Assembly (NCBI GenBank): GCA_013151915.1
Contig: JAADHJ010000044.1
Location: 67,029 to 131,028 of the forward strand
Length of the DNA stretch: 64,000 nucleotides
DNA from: Deltaproteobacteria bacterium
Lineage (GTDB): Bacteria; BMS3Abin14
Reading direction: 5' to 3'
Part shown: one piece after another, positions 8,849-17,966 of the stretch
How positions within the stretch are numbered: the stretch's first letter is position 1
How the letters are laid out: each line of letters opens with the position of its first letter
Position numbers and translations under genes: made by a program
Notes under the pieces: generated by a model
What the model saw: the letters and a program-made list of their open reading frames with translations, nothing else
What the model was told of the DNA's origin: nothing
Database searches by the model: none

Positions 8849-10027
8849 TTACACGTCCGCGAACGCCCTCGCCAGCCGGTCCAGGGCTTCGTCGAGCATG
8901 GATCGGGGGCATGCGAAATTAAGGCGCATGTGGTTCTCGCCCCCCGGTCCGAAGGTGGGGCCGTGGTTGAGGGCCAGGCGGGCGTCTTGCTGCACGCGGC
9001 GGACGATCTCGTTCATGGGAAGGCCGATGTTCGAAAAATCCAACCAGGACAGGTAGGTACCCTCAAGGGGCATGCAGGTCACCCCCGGCATAAGGTTTTC
9101 CACGACCTCTTCCACGCGGTCCCGGTTGTCCCGCAGGTAGGCGAGCAGTTCCTCGAGCCATGGTTCCCCGTGGGTATAGGCCGCCATGGCCGCCATGGGG
9201 CCGAAGCTGTTGGGTCCGTGGACCCCGCAGCGCGCCATCTGTCCAAGAAATCTCCGGCGCAGACCGACGTTGGGAATAATCACATTGCCGGTCATGGTTC
9301 CCGCCAGGTTGAAAGTCTTGGAGGCTGAGGTGCAGGTGATGACGTGTTGGGCCACATCCGGGCCCAGGGAAGCCAGTACTGTGTGGGTGTGTCCCTCGTA
9401 AACCAGGTCGTTGTGGATCTCGTCGGAAACTATAAGAATGTCCCTGGAGAGACAGAACTCGACCAGCCTTTCCAGCTCGTCCGGTTTCCACACCCTGCCG
9501 CCCGGGTTGTGCGGGCTGCACAGGATGAGCATCCGGGTTCTGCGGTCAACCTGCGTTCCCAGGGTATCGAGATCCATTTCATAGCGGCCGCGGATCTTGA
9601 CCAGGCGGTTGTCAAGTACCTCGCAGCCGTTGCCGGTCACGACTGTAAAGAAGGGATAATAAACCGGTGTCTGGAGAACCACCTTATCCCCCGGTCGGCA
9701 GAATGTCTGCACCAGCAGGTTAACCGCCATAACGGTGCCGTGGGTGGTCAGGATCCATTCGGGGTTGATGTCCCAGTTGTGCCTTCGGGTCATCCATTCC
9801 ACAATGGCCTCATGGTAGGCGCCGAAATCTCCGGGGTAGCCGTGGATGCCGTGGTCGGCAGAGATTCTTATGGCGTCATTCACCTCGGGCGGCGGGAGGA
9901 ACTCCATGTCCGCAACCCACATGGCGATTCCGTCCTCGGGTGAGACCCCGTAGCGATGTTCCATCCCGTCCCACTTCTCGCAGTGGGTACTTCGCCTGTC
10001 AATGAATGTGTCGAAATCGTAGCCCAT
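8849..10027 (-). CDS. PLP-dependent C-S lyase / aminotransferase class I-II (PatB/MalY-type cystathionine beta-lyase family)
   Basis: The N-terminus FDTFIDRRSTHCEKWD is typical of MalY/PatB. The PLP lysine motif SASKTFNLAG is present. Length is 392 aa. Confidence 0.8.
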   Translation of the reverse strand: MGYDFDTFIDRRSTHCEKWDGMEHRYGVSPEDGIAMWVADMEFLPPPEVNDAIRISADHGIHGYPGDFGAYHEAIVEWMTRRHNWDINPEWILTTHGTVMAVNLLVQTFCRPGDKVVLQTPVYYPFFTVVTGNGCEVLDNRLVKIRGRYEMDLDTLGTQVDRRTRMLILCSPHNPGGRVWKPDELERLVEFCLSRDILIVSDEIHNDLVYEGHTHTVLASLGPDVAQHVITCTSASKTFNLAGTMTGNVIIPNVGLRRRFLGQMARCGVHGPNSFGPMAAMAAYTHGEPWLEELLAYLRDNRDRVEEVVENLMPGVTCMPLEGTYLSWLDFSNIGLPMNEIVRRVQQDARLALNHGPTFGPGGENHMRLNFACPRSMLDEALDRLARAFADV

Positions 10028-10290
10028 AGAGGCCTTCTACTTGAGGATCGGCCAAAATGCAAGACGTCACCAGAACTATGATTCCCACAGTCATGTTCGC
10101 GGAGGCCGTCAGGATAGGGGCGGCCGGCTCTCCTTGCGTTCAGAGTCCGTTTTTACGCAGAACTAAAGGCTATTGCCGGAATTTGTGATATATTCGATAT
10201 AGAAACCAAGGTACATCACGATAATGCGTACCTTATTTGCGGTGTCAGAATCGCCCATGTCGTTACCAAGAGACTTTTTACGAGGCCGTC

Positions 10291-10758
10291 ATGATTAGAA
10301 TCAAAATTCCGGGATGGAAAGAAATTTCTCTTTTTCACCTCGTTCTCGACATGAACGGAACCCTGACCCTGGACGGCCGGCTGATTGAAGGGGTAGAGGG
10401 GAACCTGCTGAGTCTTTCCTCCAGTCTCGCAATCCACATTTTGACCGCCGACACTTTCGGGACCGCCCATGAGGTTTTTCGGGATCTCCCCGTGTCCCTC
10501 GACCTGATTCCCGGTAAGGATCAGATTCGGGCCAAGGAGGCGTTTCTCCAGGGTCTGGAGGGGGATGCCGCGGCCATGGGCAACGGAAGGAACGATGCAG
10601 GAATGCTCGGGGTGGCGGCCATCGGTATCGCCGTACTCGGCCCGGAAGGAGCTGCGTCGCAGGTGGTCCAGGCGGCCGACGTGGTGGTCAGGGGCGTTAA
10701 CGACGGGCTTGGCCTGCTGCTGAACCCGAGGAGGCTGGTCGCCACCCTGCGGCGCTAG
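10291..10758 (+). CDS. HAD-superfamily hydrolase (soluble P-type ATPase-like, COG4087-type)
   Basis: HAD motif I DMNGTL and motif IV GNGRNDAGML are present. The start is taken at ATG 10291 (MIRIK). Confidence 0.55.
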   Translation: MIRIKIPGWKEISLFHLVLDMNGTLTLDGRLIEGVEGNLLSLSSSLAIHILTADTFGTAHEVFRDLPVSLDLIPGKDQIRAKEAFLQGLEGDAAAMGNGRNDAGMLGVAAIGIAVLGPEGAASQVVQAADVVVRGVNDGLGLLLNPRRLVATLRR

Positions 10759-10829
10759 GGTTTTTGACCCTGTTCCCCAGCCCTTTCCCCGGTCTATCGA
10801 TGCATGTTCTCACCAGGTTTATCTTATTG

Positions 10830-11414
10830 CTAAGGAATAACAGAGGACACACGGCATGGTATTCCAAGCCATCTCCCGGTTCTTGATTTGTACGAACGGT
10901 ACTCCTCTCCATAAATACGCTCAAGATAAGGCTCCGCCAGCCGAGTAGTATACAAACAGATAACAATAGTGGCCGCTCCAGTAAGCACAAAAGCAAGCCC
11001 TGATCGGCCGGCAAGCGATATACCTGAAAGATAAAGAAGACAGCCGATAAACTGCGGATTTCTACTCCATCTATATATCCCGGTGGTTATGAGTTCTGAA
11101 ATGTCCTGTCCGCAACTTCTGCGCAAGGAGCGGAACTCAATCATCCCTGTTGCCAATACAACAATACCAACCACAATCAAAACCAAACCACCCGTTAAGG
11201 CGAATATCTTGTTAAGCGGTATCAGCCACAACCCATATAGCGACGAGAGGATTATCGCCAGATGGTAAAACCCCCACATAACAAACCAAAGGTTCAAAAG
11301 TTTATTTGTGAAGACCCCATTTCTATCATAGGTCTTCTTAATCTCGGAAAAAACATATATTCCCAATACCACCCATATGCCTATGGAAACACTCAAACCT
11401 ATGTACAACCACAT
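10830..11414 (-). CDS. Isoprenylcysteine carboxyl methyltransferase (ICMT)/PEMT-family membrane methyltransferase
   Basis: The C-terminal signature is RWSRNPQFIG...EP.LE..YGEEY..Y. Several TM helices are predicted. The gene has lower GC. The start is taken at MWLYIG, which has an AGGAAG ribosome-binding site. Confidence 0.65.
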   Translation of the reverse strand: MWLYIGLSVSIGIWVVLGIYVFSEIKKTYDRNGVFTNKLLNLWFVMWGFYHLAIILSSLYGLWLIPLNKIFALTGGLVLIVVGIVVLATGMIEFRSLRRSCGQDISELITTGIYRWSRNPQFIGCLLYLSGISLAGRSGLAFVLTGAATIVICLYTTRLAEPYLERIYGEEYRSYKSRTGRWLGIPCRVSSVIP

Positions 11415-11454
11415 TATTATCTTCCTTCTCTTGTTTGGATCATACTGGAAATGG

Positions 11455-11512
11455 GTGCCTGGAACCCGACGTCCAAAGTTCAACGTTCAAGGTTCAACGT
11501 TCAAGGTTCAAC
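11455..11512 (+). repeat. GTTCAA-hexamer repeat element, copy A1 (CCTGGAACCCGACGTCCAAAGTTCAACGTTCAAGGTTCAACGTTCAAGGTTCAACC)
   Basis: Direct repeats of GTTCAAC/GTTCAAG. A related element occurs at 12964..13010 and in the MITE-like insert at 22840..23073. Confidence 0.6.
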
Positions 11513-11609
11513 CACCACCCGTTCGCGGTGAGCCGCTCCTTAACCCGATAAGGTACGCATTACCCGGAGGACCTCATGCTTTCAATTGTCAATGATCAGA
11601 TTCATGCAC

Positions 11610-12878
11610 TTATTTGTGCGACAATTCAAAAGAAAACTGCTTCTCGTAAAACTCTCTTGCAGCATTTTGTTTGTCAGCTACGTAGGAATAAATTTCTTCA
11701 TAATTCTCGAAAAGCAGGTTGACGATTCTGGTATCCAGAAGGCGATTATCAGAAAGCTGTTTAAGGATTTGAACTACACCGTCTTTGGACATACCTTTTC
11801 TATATGGTCGATCTTCAGTCAGTGCGGTAAATATATCTGCAACCATCATAATTCGCGCCCCTGTGCTCAGGTCGGCTGCCGTGCAGTGAAAAGGATATCC
11901 TGATCCATCAGGTCTTTCATGGTGATAAGCGGCCCATTCGGCAATCTGCTTAAGACCTCCGATGGTATTAATCACAGAATAGGTATAGTAGGTGTGTGAT
12001 TTCATAACCGCCATCTCTTCTTTTGTAAGTTTCCCGGGTTTATCCAGAATGCTGTTAGGAATCGCCAGTTTACCTATATCATGCAAATTCCCTGCAACCT
12101 CCATAAGCCCTATTTCTGTTGCCGTCAGGCCAAAAACTTTTGATAGCATAGAGGCAGACGCGGCAACACCTGAAGAATGTGTTGAAGTAAAACGAGAACG
12201 GAAATCAATTATATTCCGAAAAAGCTCCGATATTAAGGATATATCCGAAAAGTCTATTTCTGTTTTTCTGAAAGGTCCTTCGTTAAGGAGAAAAGAATAT
12301 AACCTGGGAGAAACCAGGTCCAACCAGAATTCTTCGCGATTAGAGATCGCCAGGAAAAGATCTATAGCCTGAGAATGAAAAAGAGAACCAGACAAAGCTT
12401 CTATTTCAAGGATAATATTTTCATGCTGATGAAGAATATAATGATCTCGTTTTATTTCACGCTCAAGATGATCGGCAAGAAATAATAATTGTGAATCGAA
12501 AACAAGAGGAGTTTCAATTGATTCTTTCCAATTTTGCCATTCGTTGTGATGACATCTGATTATTTTTGACGACTCCTTTAACCACGGTATGTTACTGAAC
12601 AAAATTTCACCGCGTATGCAATGACCTTCGGTGTTTTCGACTTCAGAATTTCGAAGGGAGATTTTTTCCTCCAATGAAAGAGCGCCGATATCATGGAGCA
12701 ATGCAGCTATGAAAATATTTTCCAATCTTTCATTTGTGAGACCTGCCGCTTTCCCCATTTCCCACACAACAAATGCCGTCCTTTGTTGATGTTGAATTAA
12801 TGAAGGATCGGCCAAATCCATGGCATCGGAGAGTGAAAGGATAAGATTGCCTAAATTGACTGTAATTTGACGCTGCAT
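11610..12878 (-). CDS. HD-GYP domain c-di-GMP phosphodiesterase-type protein (N-terminal degenerate HD + C-terminal HD-GYP)
   Basis: Motifs LHDIGAL, LHDIGKLAIP and HHERPDGSGYP are present. The gene is low-GC (about 40%) and flanked by direct GTTCAA repeats. Confidence 0.75.
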   Translation of the reverse strand: MQRQITVNLGNLILSLSDAMDLADPSLIQHQQRTAFVVWEMGKAAGLTNERLENIFIAALLHDIGALSLEEKISLRNSEVENTEGHCIRGEILFSNIPWLKESSKIIRCHHNEWQNWKESIETPLVFDSQLLFLADHLEREIKRDHYILHQHENIILEIEALSGSLFHSQAIDLFLAISNREEFWLDLVSPRLYSFLLNEGPFRKTEIDFSDISLISELFRNIIDFRSRFTSTHSSGVAASASMLSKVFGLTATEIGLMEVAGNLHDIGKLAIPNSILDKPGKLTKEEMAVMKSHTYYTYSVINTIGGLKQIAEWAAYHHERPDGSGYPFHCTAADLSTGARIMMVADIFTALTEDRPYRKGMSKDGVVQILKQLSDNRLLDTRIVNLLFENYEEIYSYVADKQNAAREFYEKQFSFELSHK

Positions 12879-12963
12879 ATCGTTTCCCCCAAATTATTTC
12901 AGCTGACCAGCTACGACTTCGTAAAAAAGATATTCTTCCAACTATTTGAAAATATGGTTTATC

Positions 12964-13010
12964 CTGGAACCCAACGTTCAAAGTTCAAATAACAACGTTC
13001 AAAGTTCAAC
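12964..13010 (+). repeat. GTTCAA-hexamer repeat element, copy A2 (CCTGGAACCCAACGTTCAAAGTTCAAATAACAACGTTCAAAGTTCAACAGG)
   Basis: Same orientation and 5' end as copy A1. It is followed at 13040..13090 by an approximately 80%-identical remnant of the 3' end of the ICMT gene. Confidence 0.6.
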
Positions 13011-13282
13011 AGGAAAAAGAAAGTTCAATGCCGATGCCTGTTTTCAGCAGGTTTATCCTACTGCCAAAGAATAGCAGATGGCATCCGGTATGGCAATCTG
13101 ATCACCATTATCGTGGGTATTCGGCCTGGACTGTGGGTGGACTTTCAAAGGGTCCGAACTGTTTGAAAAGAAGGGTGCAAATAGAAGGCAAATAGGACTT
13201 GACCCCATTGGATTGAAGCGTAAAATTAAGACGCCGGAGCGTTTCAAAGATTTTCAATCGTTTAAAGACGGGATTTTTCTCT

Positions 13283-14347
13283 ATGAGAAGATGTTTTTCT
13301 ATAACGATCGTTTTTCTTGTTATCGTTGTCGGAGGGACATTATCTCCCGGCGCCGCGTGGGCGTATGAGATAACGCCCACGTTCGACTGCGAAGCAACGA
13401 TACGTGCATGGAAATTCGATCCCAAATACCGGGAATACGCCGCCACCTGCTCCTGCCCCAACCCCAACCCCCATGCGGCTCCGGTGTGCGATGACAATAC
13501 GCCCGCCTCCAGCGGGCCGGCTGCGCCATATTCCAGCGGGAACCCCAACGATCTTTCTTTCACCCTGATGCAAAGCTTTATGCAAGGCTTCTTCTCCAAC
13601 CTTTTTTCATCCTCCTCAGCCCCCGCTTCCAATGGACTTCCGAAAACGCCGCCGTCATCACTTAAACTTAACCCGCAGTACATGAAAGCCTGGCGGAAGC
13701 TTCAGGAAATGCGGCTCCCACCGGAAAAGGCGAAATTCATCATGGCGGAGGCGCTGAGGAGCCAGCGGCAGGCTCTTCGTCCCTACCGACCGGGTGATGT
13801 ATTACAGCAGGCTGCCTTGAGTCGCTGCCTATCCTTAAAAGCGGCGAAAAGGGCGTCTGGCGGTGGCGGCGGGAGTATGGAGGAGGCTTCATGGCTTCTG
13901 AGACAGGGTGCGTTTGCGCTTTCCGGTGATCTGGTGGAGGCCGCTCCCGGCTCTTGCCCGCCTGTAACTGAACCCCATTCAGGCGCGGTTCACGGTGCGA
14001 ACCATGTGGCGCCGCCTGCAGAACAGTTCAGGGCCGCTGTCCAACTCCTTGACCGGAAGAGGGGGACCTGGGAGAAGGCGAAAAAGTCTATCGGCGAGGC
14101 GAAGAAAAATCTGTCCGAATGGGAAGAAACCAGGGTTCGTATTTCGTCTGAGGTCGATGCTGCCGCGACGGAGGAGGAAAAAAAGGAAAAGAAGGCATCC
14201 CTGGAGGAAGTGATGAAAGCGCTCGCCGAGGCAAAGGAAGAACTCGCTGACGCGAATAACTTCGAGAAGAACAGCAGGAAGGATTTCATGGAAGCGGACA
14301 GGCGGGCTCAGGACACCGGTAATGCCATACTGCGGGAGCAGCGGTGA
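13283..14347 (+). CDS. Secreted hypothetical protein (Cys-rich N-domain, low-complexity linker, coiled-coil C-terminus)
   Basis: Signal peptide with six Cys in the first 70 mature residues, a Ser/Pro-rich linker, a GGGGGS stretch, and an E/K-rich helical tail. It overlaps the next gene. Confidence 0.5.
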   Translation: MRRCFSITIVFLVIVVGGTLSPGAAWAYEITPTFDCEATIRAWKFDPKYREYAATCSCPNPNPHAAPVCDDNTPASSGPAAPYSSGNPNDLSFTLMQSFMQGFFSNLFSSSSAPASNGLPKTPPSSLKLNPQYMKAWRKLQEMRLPPEKAKFIMAEALRSQRQALRPYRPGDVLQQAALSRCLSLKAAKRASGGGGGSMEEASWLLRQGAFALSGDLVEAAPGSCPPVTEPHSGAVHGANHVAPPAEQFRAAVQLLDRKRGTWEKAKKSIGEAKKNLSEWEETRVRISSEVDAAATEEEKKEKKASLEEVMKALAEAKEELADANNFEKNSRKDFMEADRRAQDTGNAILREQR

Positions 14348-15399
14348 GAACCCCAAAGATGATTGGGGAAAGGAGCGTATTTCCCCCCGGACGCGGGTGC
14401 CGGCCGGCCCTTTTCATCCTGGCCGCGTCATTGTCTGTCATCATCCTTCAGACATCCATCGCCTCAGGCGCAAACAACGGCAGGGCTGTCCCTTTCCTCG
14501 ACCTGTACCGCCCCGCCGGGAAACCCGGGATTCAGGTTGCCGCGTTCAAGTCTTTTGGATCCACGCGGATTCCATATGCTGACGCAACGGTGTTCGTCGT
14601 GTTACCTGACGGCGGGGCCTGGTTCGGAAAAGCGGACTTACTCGGCCGCTGCGAGATCCCGGCGCGGGTGATTCTACCCCATATTGAAACGAAGAGCGGC
14701 CCGGCGACCTTGCGGGTTGCCCTGTCGCTTAACGGGACCGTGGATGAGAAGAGGATCACCGTCTCCAAAAGCGAGCTTGTTCAGTATGCTGATAGCGCGG
14801 CCGACAGTAAGGTTGAAGAGGGGAACGCCCTGGCGCGGAAGGGTGGGCTTCGTGAGGCGATCTCCCTTTACAGGGAGGCGCTTGTCTTAAATCCCCTTTC
14901 CTCGCGGGCGGCCTACAACATCGCCTTCGCCTACGAGAAGCTGGGGATGATGCGCATGGCTGTCGCCGCCTACGCGGATTACCTGCTTCAATGCCAGGCA
15001 AAGGCGCAGGATCGGGAGGACGTCAAGAGGAGAGTCATCAATCTTTCCCGGGGGTTGACCCCCCCGCCCCCCGTGCTCGCGCGCATCTTCGGCATGCTTG
15101 ACAAGGCGTCCGCGCTTGCCGTTGGGGGAGATTCTTTTGGGGCCTTGCGGCTCTACGAGATAGCCCAGTCCGTCGCTCCCTGGTGGGCGGAACCCTACTA
15201 CGGTGCGGGAATCGTATACTACCACTTAGCGATCCAGAACTCTTTTTCCTATGCGGACAATGCCATCCGCTGTCTGAAGAATTTTCTGGCCGCCGTCCCC
15301 CCGGAGGACGCCAGGATTGAGGCCGTACGAAAGAGGGTAAAAGATCTGCTGACAATAAAGGAGGGATTAGATGCACCGAAAACAGTTTCTTCATACTAG
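14344..15399 (+). CDS. Secreted TPR-repeat protein
   Basis: Signal peptide plus TPR-like A/Y/L-rich repeats (AISLYREALVLNP, AAYNIAFAYEKLG, AEPYYGAGIVYYHLAI). The start may be GTG 14344 or ATG 14359. Confidence 0.55.
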   Translation: MRTPKMIGERSVFPPGRGCRPALFILAASLSVIILQTSIASGANNGRAVPFLDLYRPAGKPGIQVAAFKSFGSTRIPYADATVFVVLPDGGAWFGKADLLGRCEIPARVILPHIETKSGPATLRVALSLNGTVDEKRITVSKSELVQYADSAADSKVEEGNALARKGGLREAISLYREALVLNPLSSRAAYNIAFAYEKLGMMRMAVAAYADYLLQCQAKAQDREDVKRRVINLSRGLTPPPPVLARIFGMLDKASALAVGGDSFGALRLYEIAQSVAPWWAEPYYGAGIVYYHLAIQNSFSYADNAIRCLKNFLAAVPPEDARIEAVRKRVKDLLTIKEGLDAPKTVSSY

Positions 15400-16918
15400 C
15401 CTTCGGATGAGGACAACGGTTCTTTACGCCTTGACTCTGGCCATGGCGCTGTTTCTTGTCTCCTGCGCCGGGGGGCAGGTCAAGAAAAAGGAGCCGGTCT
15501 ACCGTTTAGGTGTGCAGATCTCTACGTTCGCTCCCCTGGTCGCGCATGATCTCGGTCTGCCCGAGGATATCAAAGGTGTGCTTGTCATGGCTGTGTCCCA
15601 GGGGTCGCCTGCGGCTACGGCGGGGGTCCGGTCCGGGGACGTCATCGCGGGAATAAAGATGCCTGACGGAAAACTGCAGGAAACGCCCGATACCACTGCC
15701 CTTTTAGAACTGCTCAAGAAGATGCCCATAGACCGGTCGGTAGCGCTTTCCATCCTGCGGGACGGAAAAACGATGGATATCTCCAGCATGCGGAGCACCA
15801 GGCAATTTTCCGGGTACGTTCAGCCCGGGTCCCGGCCCGAGCCGAGGACGATCAAGGTGGCGCCGGACGGATCCGGCGACTGCCGCACCATCACCGGGGC
15901 CATGCTTTCCGCCCGTCCGGGCGACACGATCCTGCTCTCTCGTGCTCCCGGTCCCGGCGGGGTGTACGGTTCCTTCCAGCTCTTCCTTGACAACCTGACC
16001 GTTCGCTCGGAAGACCCGGCGAACCGGGCGGTTGTGCAGCAGATCGTTGTGGATGGCCTTTCCGGAGTGAAGCTGGCCGACCTCGAGTTCCAGGTGAGCC
16101 AGCAGGGAAGCTGGCCCGGAGTGCATGTCCAGGGTTCCAAAGAGGTGACGGTGGAAAACTGCACCTTCTCAGGATATGTAAAAGCGGTCACCATCAGCGG
16201 TTCCAGAGAAGTCTTTATCAGTGGCAACCGTATGGAAGAGAATGCCCTGGGAATATTGGTGGATTCCGGTTCGGAATTTAAAATTAAGGATAACCTGATT
16301 ACCGGAACCGGGGTCCGGTGGGCCGACAGTAAGGGGATCTACATCTCAGGTTCCCGTGGAACGGTTTCGAATAATACGATCCTTTACTACAAGGTAGGGA
16401 CCGAAGCGTTTATAAATGACCTGAAGAACGGCGGGTATGGCGGGTATAATGTTACCGGCGTAGGTATCTACGTGGGCCAGGGTTCCAACGTTTCCATCGA
16501 GAACAACATCGTGTATGACAACAGCGCCGGGATATACGTGCAAGCGGGCGAAACAACCCACTACCGCGTCGAGTACAACGATATCTTTCAGAATACCATG
16601 GAGACCGGACAAACTGGAAGTAGAGACTTTGCGGATTACCTTACCGGCTCCGACTGGAACATATCAAAGGGGGTCAAGAAGAGGCATGAGTCGTCGCCCA
16701 TTCTGTCGCTTTCCATATGGGACCACAACTACTACGCGCCAAACCCCATGCCCCTTTCGCGGACTAACCTTTCCCGGGATCCGTTTTTCAACGACCCTGT
16801 GCGCGGCGACTATCGCCTGGCCGCCGACTCGCCGCTCGTCGGAAGGGGCAGAGGCGGAACCTACATCGGAGCTTTCCCGCCGATAGAGCAAAAGGCAGGG
16901 ACCGGGGAGTTCAAGTAA
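15371..16918 (+). CDS. Lipoprotein with PDZ domain and right-handed parallel beta-helix (pectate-lyase/NosD-like) repeats, paralog 1
   Basis: Lipobox LVSCAGG. PDZ region GVLVMAVSQGSPAATAGVRSGDVIAGI. The beta-helix N-cap is DGSGDCRTITGAM...PGDTILL, followed by repeated NNTI/ENNIVYDNSAGIYV-type rungs. Confidence 0.7.
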   Translation: MHRKQFLHTSLRMRTTVLYALTLAMALFLVSCAGGQVKKKEPVYRLGVQISTFAPLVAHDLGLPEDIKGVLVMAVSQGSPAATAGVRSGDVIAGIKMPDGKLQETPDTTALLELLKKMPIDRSVALSILRDGKTMDISSMRSTRQFSGYVQPGSRPEPRTIKVAPDGSGDCRTITGAMLSARPGDTILLSRAPGPGGVYGSFQLFLDNLTVRSEDPANRAVVQQIVVDGLSGVKLADLEFQVSQQGSWPGVHVQGSKEVTVENCTFSGYVKAVTISGSREVFISGNRMEENALGILVDSGSEFKIKDNLITGTGVRWADSKGIYISGSRGTVSNNTILYYKVGTEAFINDLKNGGYGGYNVTGVGIYVGQGSNVSIENNIVYDNSAGIYVQAGETTHYRVEYNDIFQNTMETGQTGSRDFADYLTGSDWNISKGVKKRHESSPILSLSIWDHNYYAPNPMPLSRTNLSRDPFFNDPVRGDYRLAADSPLVGRGRGGTYIGAFPPIEQKAGTGEFK

Positions 16919-17832
16919 TGACGGACGGAATGCAGGGGCGACCGCCGGGAACGCGGCGGATTGCCACTTCTGCAGCGCTTATTCTGATACTGGCGTTCTT
17001 CCTGCCGGCGGTTTCCTTCGCCGGGACGCAGGAAGGGTGGATCTCCGATTACATTGCGCGGCTGGTCAGGACACGGGATGAGGCCGGCCGGAAGGTCAGG
17101 GACACGGAACGAACAGTATCAAAGACGGACCGGCTCCTTTCCCTCGCCAGGGAAGCGAACAATACTCAGGCCGAAGCGTTGGCCGGAGAGGCCCGGACCA
17201 TTGCTCTCGCCGCCAGGGAGAAGTACAGGCGTGCCCTGGACAGGTCTGAAGCGGGCATCAGGATGGCCCGTTCTTATTTGGAGAAGTCCGACGCCGATGC
17301 CGGCTATGCTCGGAATACGGGAGTATTTTTTCGTATGGGTACAGTGGATGTTCGACGGGGCGGCACACAGGTCTGGAACCCACCCGGAGAAGGCGCGGTG
17401 GTCCTGGCCCCCGGCGACTCGGTGCGTACCGGTTCCGACGGTCGGGTCGAGCTGCGGGTGATGGCCGACGGCTCACGGATAGATGTGGCTCCAAGCACCA
17501 CCTTGAAAGTGATTAAGGACGCTATAAGGCTTGATCTGGGAAAGGTTCTTCTCAGGATCGCAAAGGGTATTAACCGAAAATTGATACGCTTCAGGGTGAA
17601 AACCCCCGTGGCGGTGTGCGGGGTGCGGGGGACCGAGTTCGCCGTCCATACGGAGCCTGACGGCCGGACGGTGGTTTCCGTTCTCGAAGGGAACGTTGAG
17701 ATAACCAGTCTGAATGGCGGAGAGCCGGTTATCCTCAAAGCGGGGCAGGAATTGGTCATTTCCTCGGACCACCGCCCCTTGGTCCCCCGGAAATTCGACC
17801 TCGCAGAAATCAGACGCGGTTTTGAAATGTGA
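16918..17832 (+). CDS. Secreted FecR-domain protein
   Basis: Signal peptide plus a FecR-like beta-sandwich region (LAPGDSVRTGSDGRVELRV.DGSRIDVAPST.LKV...VKTPVAVCGVRGTEFAV). The start overlaps the upstream stop (TAATG). Confidence 0.65.
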   Translation: MTDGMQGRPPGTRRIATSAALILILAFFLPAVSFAGTQEGWISDYIARLVRTRDEAGRKVRDTERTVSKTDRLLSLAREANNTQAEALAGEARTIALAAREKYRRALDRSEAGIRMARSYLEKSDADAGYARNTGVFFRMGTVDVRRGGTQVWNPPGEGAVVLAPGDSVRTGSDGRVELRVMADGSRIDVAPSTTLKVIKDAIRLDLGKVLLRIAKGINRKLIRFRVKTPVAVCGVRGTEFAVHTEPDGRTVVSVLEGNVEITSLNGGEPVILKAGQELVISSDHRPLVPRKFDLAEIRRGFEM

Positions 17833-17966
17833 AAATAAGGGGACCTTTGAAAGCAACGGCGGGCGCCGGGACTGGAATGTGAAACCCTTGTGAAACATGT
17901 ATGTAAGTATGGGAATATAGGTGTAGGAACGCAGCACAATAACCGTGCTAACCATAAGGGAGGGTA

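Noticed and set aside
13108-13683. 191-aa minus-strand ORF overlapping the secreted-protein gene start region
   Set aside because: It overlaps the better-supported plus-strand secreted protein (signal peptide, coherent domain structure). Its own sequence is low-complexity G/A-rich.
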